From assembly GCF_902652985.1 (NCBI RefSeq), contig NC_047028.1, forward strand, positions 15,624,001 through 15,688,000: a stretch of 64,000 bases of DNA, read 5' to 3'. Source of the stretch: Pecten maximus. Lineage: Eukaryota. Positions 55,126 through 64,000 of the stretch are shown piece after piece. Under the pieces are notes generated by a model, which saw only the letters and a program-made list of their open reading frames with translations, did not search any database and had not been told where the DNA came from. The first letter of the stretch is position 1, and each line of letters begins with the position of its first letter. A program made the translations under genes and the position numbers.

Positions 55126-56700
55126 GGAGATGGTGTCGGTGGAGAGTATATCAACATATGGGGGGGGGGGGGGGGGGGGGGAGGGAGATGGTGTCGGTGG
55201 AGAGTATATCAACATATTGTGTCTCCAAGTAGAGGGGGACAAGAGTGGTGGGGGGGGGGGGGGGGAGGGAGGGAGATGGTGTCAGTGGAGAGTATATCAA
55301 CATATTGTGTCTCCAAGTAGAGGGGACAAGAGTGGTGGGGGGGGGGGGGGGGGGGGGGGGAGGGAGATGGTGTCGGTGGAGAGTATATCAACATATTGTG
55401 TCTCCAAGTAGAGGGGACAAGAGTGGTGGGGGGGGGGGGGGGAGGGAGATGGTGTCGGTGGAGAGTATATCAACATATTGTGTCTCCAAGTAGAGGGGAC
55501 AAGAGTGGTGGGGGGGGGGGGGGGGGGGGGAGGGAGATGGTGTCGGTGGAGAGTATATCAACATATTGTGTCTCCAAGTAGGGGGGACAAGAGTGGTGGG
55601 GGGGGGGGGGGAGGGGGGGAGGGAGATGGTGTCGGTGGAGGAGGTATATCAACATATTGTGTCTCCAAAGTAGAGGGGACAAGGAGTGGTGGGTGGGGGG
55701 ATGGGGGAGGGATGATTGGTGTCGGTGGGAGAGTATATCAACATATTGTGTCCTCCAAGTAGAGGGGACAAGAGTGGGGGGGGGGGGGGGGGGGGAGGGA
55801 GAGGGTGTCGGGTGGAGAGTATATCAACATATTGTGTTTCTCCAAGTAGAGGGGACAAGAGTGGTTGGGGGGTGGTGGGGTGGGGGGGGGGGGGGGAGGA
55901 GATGGTGTCGGTGGAGAGTATATCAAACATATTGTGTCTCCAAGTAGAGGGGACAAGAGTGGTGGGGGGGGGATGGGGGAGGGAGATGGTGTCGGTGGAG
56001 AGTATATCAACATATTGTGTCTCCAAGTAGAGGGGACAAGAGTGGTGGTGGGGGGGGGGGGGGGAGGGAGATGGTGTCGGTGGAGAGTATATCAACATAT
56101 TGTGTCTCCAAGTAGAGGGGACAAGAGTGGTGGTGGGGGGGGGGGGGGGGAGATGGTGTCGGTGGAGAGTATATCAACATATTGTGTCTCCACGTAGAGG
56201 GGACAAGAGTGGTGGTGGTGGTGGTGGTGGTGGGGGGGGGGGGGAGGGGAGGGAGATGGTGTCGGTGGAGAGTATATCAACATATTGTGTCTCCAAGTAG
56301 AGGGGACAAGAGTGTGGTGGGGGGGGGGGGGGGGAGGGAGATGGTGTCGGTGGAGAGTATATCAACATATTGTGTCTCCACGTAGAGGGGACAAGAGTGG
56401 TGGTGGTGGTGGTGGTGGTGGGGGGGGGGGGGGAGGGAGATGGTGTCGGTGGAGAGTATATCAACATATTGTGTCTCCAAGTAGAGGGGACAAGAGTGGT
56501 GGTGGGGGGGGGGGGGGAGGGAGATGGTGTCGGTGGAGAGTATATCAACATATTGTGTCTCCAAGTAGAGGGGACAAGAGTGGTGGTGGGGGGGGGGGGG
56601 GAGGGAGATGGTGTCGGTGGAGAGTATATCAACATATTGTGTCTCCAAGTAGAGGGGACAAGAGTGGTGGTGGTGGTGGTGGGTGGTGGGGGGGTGGGGG
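55126..56700. repeat. Poly-G-containing minisatellite (about 85-100 bp unit, about 17 copies)
   Basis: Constant ggagatggtgtcggtggagagtatatcaacatattgtgtctccaagtagaggggacaagagt plus variable (GGT)n/(G)n tract. Confidence 0.97.
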
Positions 56701-57628
56701 GCTGGAAGGGCTGTTATCTCGTAGAACGGAGAGGAAATGAGGGGGTAGAGGTATGCTTTATTGTGTTGCCACAGAATAGAGTAACCAGGGGCAGAACTGA
56801 TGTAGTGGGCAAGCTGTTAACCCTTGACCTTTTCTGTTAACCCTTGACCTTTTGCTGAAAGTTTCTACAGGAAAAGAATCAGCTAGCCATTTCTTAAACT
56901 GGAGAGACTTTCAGGATGGGGAAAGAACTGACTGCTACACTGGGGTCATGGGTCAGAGTCTAAAACAGTTTTCTATTCATAAAAAAACCCCAAAAAGATA
57001 AGAATACGAAAAACTTTAACTTCAAGAACTTTATAGAATGAAAATAGTTCCAATAGATTTTATGCATGAAAGAACTTTTTATGCAACTTTTTTATTTCAT
57101 GTGTAATTAGTGCTGACTTAAATCAAGATTTCAAAAACTTTTACAATATATTAACAAACTCTTTGACTGTTGCGATTAAAACCAGATGATTTAACCAAAT
57201 AAATCACTGTGGAGTTTCCTGCTTCCCTGTTCCTGATGTAACTAAAAACTTCCACCAACTCGGCACTTTGTTATAAACATAAGGATGACTAACTCATCAA
57301 TTCATATCCATTCTTCACATAACTTCTTTGAAACCGAATCCATTGATTCTGAAGAATGATTGGAAACCTCTCTGCTTGACCTTGGAGGTCAGATACCATT
57401 CGTTTTAGAGCAATCCATTTCAGCAGTTTTAACATTTTTGTGCCATGATTACCCCCGTGTTTTGTCTCTGTGAATTCTTTCTCTACTTCACTCACCCTCT
57501 GTACAGCTATAGATAAGCTGGCAACCAAGTCGCTCATTTTCAAAATGGCTGCCAAATTGAAATCATTAAGCCACAAATTTATCACTAAACATCAACCTAT
57601 CAATAGCTATTAACCTCCCAAGAAGTTT

Positions 57629-57865
57629 GAGTTCCCTTCTTCTCTTAATATCTCCCTCAAGTTCCCTTCTTCTCTGAATATCCCCCTCAAGTTCCCTTCT
57701 TCTCCAAATATCCCCCTTGAATTCCCTACTTTTCTGAATATCCACCTTGAGCTCTCTTCTTCTCCGAATAACCCCCTCGAGTTCCCTTCTTTTTTGAATA
57801 TCCCCCTCGAGTTCCCTTCTTCTCTGAATATCCCCCTTGAGCTCCCTTCTTCTCGGAATATCCTC
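57629..57865. repeat. Pyrimidine-rich minisatellite, 30-31 bp unit, about 8 copies
   Basis: gagttcccttcttctctgaatatccccctc. Confidence 0.9.
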
Positions 57866-57876
57866 CTATCATTGAT

Positions 57877-58103
57877 TTGGTTTGCTTGGTTTGTTTTTGT
57901 TTAACGTCCTATTAACAGCCAGGGTCATTTAAGGACGTGCCAGGTTTTGGAGGTGGAGGAAAGCCGGAGTACCCGGAGAAAAACCACCGGCCTACAGTCA
58001 GTACCTGGCAACTGCCCCACGTAGGTTTCGAACTCGCAACCCAGAGGTGGAGGGATAGTGGTAAAGTGTCGGGACACCTTAACCACTCGGCCACCGCGGC
58101 CCC
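57877..58103 (-). mobile_element. tRNA-derived V-domain SINE, full length (copy 2, intact A/B boxes)
   Basis: A box TGGCCGAGTGG, B box GAGTTCGAAACC, V-like domain, A/C-rich tail; perfect TSD ctatcattgat at 57866-57876 and 58106-58116. Confidence 0.92.
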
Positions 58104-58727
58104 TTCTATCATTGATCAAAACATTATCATTTAACCATTATGTAACCCTTGACCTCTAGGGTTCCTAGTACCATAAAAAGTTACTTGACCTTATTATGCT
58201 GTTTCAGTGACCTTGACCTAAAGGAGATGATCACAAATATGCAGCTGTTTTCAGACATGACTGCCCTATGAAATTTACTGTGTCACTGTTTGACAAATTA
58301 TTTCTCTAAGTAATCTTGGCAGTGATCAGGGCACTGTGAATACCATTCTTTCCAAGATTTACTCTTGATGACTCTGAATTATAAATAGTAGTGATGACCT
58401 TGACCTTGGAACCCGGAACTCATCAGAGGGATGTCCTGTGTTGGACTTATGTCTTCTCTTACCATAAACATATGTGGCATAAAACATTAAAGAAATAAAA
58501 TCAAAATTATGAAAAGAAAAAAAAATTGAGAGAAATTTATTTCAACTTTATTCAAGTTAAATTTAGTTGTAACAAGTTTTGATCAATCAATACCATTGAA
58601 AAAATATGAGACAGCTGAAATTTAAAAATATTTAAAAAATAAAAAAATAAAATTCAATATTAAAGTACAAATCACTAAAGCCATTTTGTTTGAGTAAACT
58701 GTAAAACACTTGCCTTTCTCTACTCAC

Positions 58728-58747
58728 TTTGTCTGTACCTTGGGGAC
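58728..58747 (-). other. Candidate 20-nt microexon
   Basis: ctatttccaattacag|GTCCCCAAGGTACAGACAAA|gtgagt. Confidence 0.25.
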
Positions 58748-59626
58748 CTGTAATTGGAAATAGCCTTCAATGAATTTCTAAATAAACTGTTCTGCCACTG
58801 ATGAATGAAAAAAAAACGTTATTGTGTTCACAACACAAAGGAGTAATTAAATGTGGAAACTGTGATCGGTGATTTACCTAAAAACGATAATGGCAAATAA
58901 AATAAATTTAAAAAGAAGTAGATCTAGACTACAGACGCATGATTTTCTCACACACACCATTAGAACGGAGTGCACAAAGTGTTTGTTGTGTTACGTCTAT
59001 GATTGAACGGCTTTCCCAATGTGTTCCGGTAACTTGATATAAAAACACCCGTTTATCTTACATTGGCAGGTAAGTTCTCGCCTGTCACAGTATGTATATT
59101 AATGCTGTCATCTAGCCGACATAATGGTAGGACAGAACCGGTAGCTACTCACAGCAAGAGCTTACAGCAATGATGTGGGAGTTGTACTGTTGGATTGAAT
59201 TACTATCATTTAAGTTGATCACAGACAACCTTTGGTCCGACCAGTCATTTTTCTGATAAACAGTTAATAATCTCTTTCTATTTTACAGTGAAAAACCTGA
59301 AACATTTCAGACAGAAACAATCTACAATGGTGGTTAGGTATCACTGTCCTAATGTAGATCCTGTTTAGTTTTGTCAGCACAATTATGCAAAGGACATATT
59401 TAACAAATTTGCTTTATGAAGATTTGCTTGCATATTGTTGGTTTTGGGTGAAAATTTCTAATTATCTTTTACAGCACCATTGTCATTTGTAATAAAAGTA
59501 GCTAGAAAGAGAAATAAACTATATCAGCTTTCTGCGATTGAGTTTGAAAAACTTGAGAATTTGTCTGATGTAACATTACTGGCTAAAGTAAGCATACCCT
59601 AAAGTCACAATAATCAGAGGAAGTTC

Positions 59627-61590
59627 CTTTACAGGGGTGGTCTCTCAACAGAGGAGGTCCTTTTACAGGGGTTGTCTCTCAACAGAGGTGTTCACGTAGT
59701 GCCTAAACAGGGGTGGTCTCTCAACAGAGGTGCTCACATGGTGCCTAAACAGGGGTGGTCTCTCAACAGAGGTGTTCACGTGGTGCCTAAACAGGGGTTG
59801 TCTCTCAACAGAGGTGTTCACATAACTGGGGTCGTGCCTAAACAGGGGTGGTCTCTCAACAGAGGTGCTCACATAACTGGGGTGGTGCCTAAACAGGGGT
59901 GGTCTCTCAACAGAGGTGCTCACATGGTGCCTAAACAGGGGTGGTCTCTCAACAGAGGTGTTCACGTGGTGCCTAAACAGGGGTGGTCTCTTAACAGAGG
60001 TGTTCACATAACTGGGGTGGTGCCTAAACAGGGGTTGTCTCTCAACAGAGGAGGTCCCTTTACAGGGGTTGTCTCTCAACAGAGGTGTTCAAGTGGTGCC
60101 TAAACAGGGGTGGTCTCTTAACAGAGGTGTTCACATAACTGGGGTCGTGCCTAAACAGGGGTGGTCTCTCAACAGAGGAGGTCCCTTTACAGGGGTTGTC
60201 TCTCAACAGAGGTGTTCAAGTGGTGCCTAAACAGGGGTGGTCTCTTAACAGAGGTGTTCACATAACTGGGGTCGTGCCTAAACAGGGGTGGTCTCTTAAC
60301 AGAGGTGTTCACATAACTGGGGTGGTGCTAAACAGAGGTGGTCTCTCAACAGAGGTGCTCACATGACCGGGGACGTGCCTAAACAGGGGTGGTCTCTTAA
60401 TAAAGGTGGTACTTTTACAGAGGTTGTCTCTCAACAGAGGTGTTCACATAACTGGGGTGGTGCCTAAACAGGGGTGGTCTCTTAACAAAGGTGGTACATT
60501 TACAGGGGTTGTCTCTCAACAGAGGTGTTCACATAACTGGGGTCATGCCTAAACAGGGGTGGTCTCTTAGCAAAGGTGGTACTTTTACAGAGGTTGTCTG
60601 TTGACAGTGACATAATGGGGATGGTCTCTTTACAGTGTTATGGCTGATCTGTTAACACAGGTGGTCTATTAACAGAGGTTGTCTGTTGACAGTGGTGGTT
60701 CCATAAAGAGGATGGTCTCTTTACAGTGTTATGGCTGATCTGTTAACACAGGTGGTCTATTAACAGAGGTTGTCTGTTGACAGTGGTGGTTCCATAAAGA
60801 GGATGGTCTCTTTACAGTGTTATGGCTGATCTGTTAACACAGGTGGTCTATTAACAGAGGTTGTCTGTTGACAGTGACATAATGGGGATGGTCTCTTTAC
60901 AGTGTTATGGCTGATCTGTTAACACAGGTGGTCTATTAACAGAGGTTGTCTGTTGACAGTGACATAATGGGGATGGTCTCTTTACAGTGTTATGGCTGGT
61001 CTGTTAACACAGGTGGTCTATTAACAGAGGTTGTCTGTTGACAGTGGTGGTTCCATAAAGAGGATGGTCTCTTTACAGTGTTATGGCTGATCTGTTAATA
61101 CAGGTGACCTCATAACATACGTGGTCTATTAACAGAGGTAGTCTCTTAACAGGGGTCCCTAACAGGTTTGGTCTCTTGACATAGGTGGTCTCTTAACAGG
61201 GGAGGTCTCTTAACAGGGGTGGTCTCTTAACAGGGATGATCTCTTAACAGGGATGGTCTCTTAACAGGGGGAGGTCTCTTAACAGGGGGAGGTCTCTTAA
61301 CAGGGGGAGGTCTGTTAACAGGGGGAGGTCTCTTAACAGGGGAGGTCTCTTAACAGGGATGGTCTCTTAACAGGGGTAGTCTTTTAAAAGAGTTGACCTC
61401 TTAACACAGGTTTCCTTTAACATGGTCTCTTAACAGAGGTTGCCTTCTAACAGAGGTGGTCTTTTAACAAAGGTGATCTCTTAATATGGGTTGGCTCTTA
61501 ACAGGGGCAGTCTCCTAACAGAGTTACTCATACAACAGGTGGCCTCTTAACTGGATAGTCTCTTAACACAGGTCTCAATGCAGGTGGTCT
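59627..61590. repeat. Compound minisatellite built on an 18-19 bp ACAGG(G)GTGGTCTCTTA core
   Basis: 47/56-bp units (59.6-60.6 kb), 85/91-bp units (60.6-61.1 kb), bare 18-19 bp units (61.1-61.6 kb). Confidence 0.95.
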
Positions 61591-63487
61591 TTCAATATAT
61601 TTATTCAGTTAACATGAATATAAGAATAAAATGGGTATTTTAAAAGTAGTCTCTTCGTTCATTAGCAGACTGAAGATATATATATTGCTTGCTTTGGGAA
61701 GTATTTATTATTACAACCATCATTAGAAACCCTCAACTACAGGGAAACAATACAGTATATAGAAAACTTACATTGTTTAATAAAGTGATTTATTTCCTCA
61801 GGCACACAATTCTAATTTATTCAAATAAAACACTGATATCCTGTTTGTAGAATGCATACACACATCTAAAAATAGCACGTTGTTCATAAAACCATAAACT
61901 TCACTTGTGTTAAGTGACCAGGAAGTTTCCAACAACCATTGATACAGTTTAACACAAATTCATGATGACTATCAAACGTCTTCTTCCCTGTCCAAACTTA
62001 CAATTTTGTTAAAATAAAAACTGCTTTTTCTATTTCCATACAATAAAGATAAAATGATGGTATAAAAAGTTTCTTTGTCTTGTATTTTGTTTTCATGTTT
62101 GAGGGATTTAGATTTATAACACAGCGTTCCCTGTTGTGGGAGCTATAGGGGTTAACATAGCTCCCCTAATCCCCACCTCTATTAACTGTAGGATACATAC
62201 AGGTGTAGCACAGCAACAGAATGAAATTACACCACTTTGAAAAGATGATATTGGTAAACCAGACAAAAGATGCATGTTACAGGGTTTGATGACAGACCCC
62301 ACACACAATCCACACATCAGCGCTGTCACTTACCGACCTAACCCCTGTCGTCAGGGTGACTCCTGATATCACGTTAGCGTGGGCACCTGGTATAATTTAT
62401 CTGTGCAGCAGTGACACGCTTTATACCTACACCTGATGCAACACAATGCTGTGACCAGGTGCACCGTATCAATAAACAAAGATACATTTCAATTCCCACT
62501 GGAGTTATCTCCCTTGATTGAGTAATTCCAAAGAACGTATATCTCTGCTCTACTATATCAATAATGTTTAAATCACCCACATTTTTATCACTAAGTTGTA
62601 CCCAATATGGTAAAGTTTGTAACAGGAAAGGAACAAGATAATAATCAGACTAAGACTTGAATTCTAGGCCTTCAAGCTGCATTAGGCAGATGGGTAGCCA
62701 TTAGTCTAAATGCTTAAGTGCGACCTCTGACTCTTTAATTATGACAAATTACTACCACACCTTGATGTTCAGAAAAAATAATTTCTTTGTTTTAAAGTGT
62801 GAGATTAGTTTTTTATGAATTGCTGTCCTGTACTTAAATCTCCGTAAGAAATCAGGAAGATGAGTATATTAAATCCATTACAAATTGCCTTTTATCTGTA
62901 TTTTTTTGCTCACAACTTTCATTATTTCTCCTTGGTGAGGCTTTGGCAGTGAATTTTACTAGCTGATCTCATCTGTTAGTTATTTTAGAAATCTGAAGAA
63001 AAACTCTTTAGTGAAATGGATACAAATGTCTTACTGCTGGTAAATTTAATTTCAATAAATTAACGGTCATCAAATACAGCGCGAAAATAACAAGAATTAC
63101 ATGTAATCTAACAAATATACAGTATGTTATATCTTCTATGTATTTTGTTTTACATTAGAAGGTAAAAACAGACTAATCATAGTTGTCATAGATTCTAAAC
63201 CACATGGATGTTGTATGATACAAGACAGAAAATACACCCATAAACTATCCTATTGTTATGTGCTGTGACCTCTGACCTTAGGGTAAAAGGGCACTAGTCA
63301 CCCCCGACCTCTGACAATGGTCACTTTATCTACCATGTGTTTTGTAGATCTCTGTTTAACAAGAATTTGTTATAGATTTAAACAGAAGACAATGTAAAAG
63401 CTTTGTTATGGCTGTCACTATAAGGAATGGCTGTGGCACTCCAGGAGTAGCATGCAATGACCTACACATGTTGCTATTTCCTCTCAC

Positions 63488-63500
63488 CTGCTGTTTCCAT
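63488..63500 (-). CDS. Candidate start-codon exon end (META|, phase 1)
   Basis: accATGG Kozak context followed by GCAG|gtgaga donor; phase matches exon 48359-48480. The ATG is also the centre of an X-box, so it may be coincidental. Confidence 0.25.
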
Positions 63501-63506
63501 GGTAAC
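63493..63506. promoter_or_regulatory. RFX X-box motif
   Basis: GTTTCCATGGTAAC matches GTTNCCATGGNAAC. Confidence 0.5.
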
Positions 63507-63602
63507 TAATGAGTAAATGGACATTTTTCAGGTAAACAAAGTAATTTGAGTGAAGCCATTAAGCTAAACACTAATGTCTGAAGAGGCCACTATAAGGTGC
63601 CA

Positions 63603-63930
63603 TACAAGGACACTTATCCACACCCTCCCGTCCCTGGTGGGCCAACAAATGTTTATATACAAGGACACTTATCCACACCCTCCCGTCCCTGGTGGGCCAA
63701 CAAATGTTTATATACAAGGACACTTATCCACACCCTCCCGTCCCTGGTGGGCCAACAAATGTTTATATACAAGGACACTTATCCACACCCTCCCGTCCCT
63801 GGTGGGCCAACAAATGTTTATATACAAGGACACTTATCCACACCCTCCCGTCCCTGGTGGGCCAACAAATGTTTATATACAAGGACACTTATCCACACCC
63901 TCCCGTCCCTGGTGGGCCAACAAATGTATA
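63603..63930. repeat. Minisatellite, 55-bp unit, about 6 near-identical copies
   Basis: tacaaggacacttatccacaccctcccgtccctggtgggccaacaaatgtttata. Confidence 0.95.
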
Positions 63931-64000
63931 AACAGTTTCCTCAAAACACTGTATCCATGCTTAACAATTTCCATTTTATACAGATTTTTTTATCTTCAAA

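Noticed and set aside
43667-56700. CRISPR-like repeat/spacer appearance of the 43.7-kb and 55.1-kb arrays
   Set aside because: Intervening segments are not unique spacers, there are no cas genes, and the context is eukaryotic
55087-56840. Many Gly- or Pro-rich ORFs
   Set aside because: Translations of the poly-G minisatellite
57877-58103. tRNA gene
   Set aside because: A/B boxes belong to a SINE head with body, tail, TSD and a second copy
40900-58410. AGGTCAAGGTCA/TGACCTTGACCT nuclear-receptor-like repeats
   Set aside because: Common in mollusc Helentron-type repeat cores; cannot be distinguished from TE debris

Overview
AT-rich animal (not prokaryotic) genomic DNA, most likely a bivalve mollusc. 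That call is an inference from the repeat content: tRNA-derived V-type SINEs, a Helentron-associated (HINE) element, and Tigger/pogo- and Kolobok-type MITEs. I recognise no known protein gene, rRNA, true tRNA or CRISPR array, and nearly all long ORFs in the track are read-throughs of minisatellites. Roughly a fifth of the window is tandem repeat (about 20 arrays). Three things stand out. (1) Several minisatellites appear to be amplified DNA-transposon termini or subterminal repeats, with the matching unamplified end visible elsewhere in the window. (2) A chain of well-formed minus-strand exons (63488-63500, 48359-48480, 36774-36831, 322 leftwards) splices in frame into a 114-aa ORF across about 63 kb, with several extra donors. 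This suggests the window is mostly the long introns of one minus-strand gene, either a small protein or the multi-exon 5' leader with a uORF of a gene lying to the left. (3) There are three near-perfect RFX X-box palindromes. Exon calls rest only on splice signals and reading frame and need RNA evidence.
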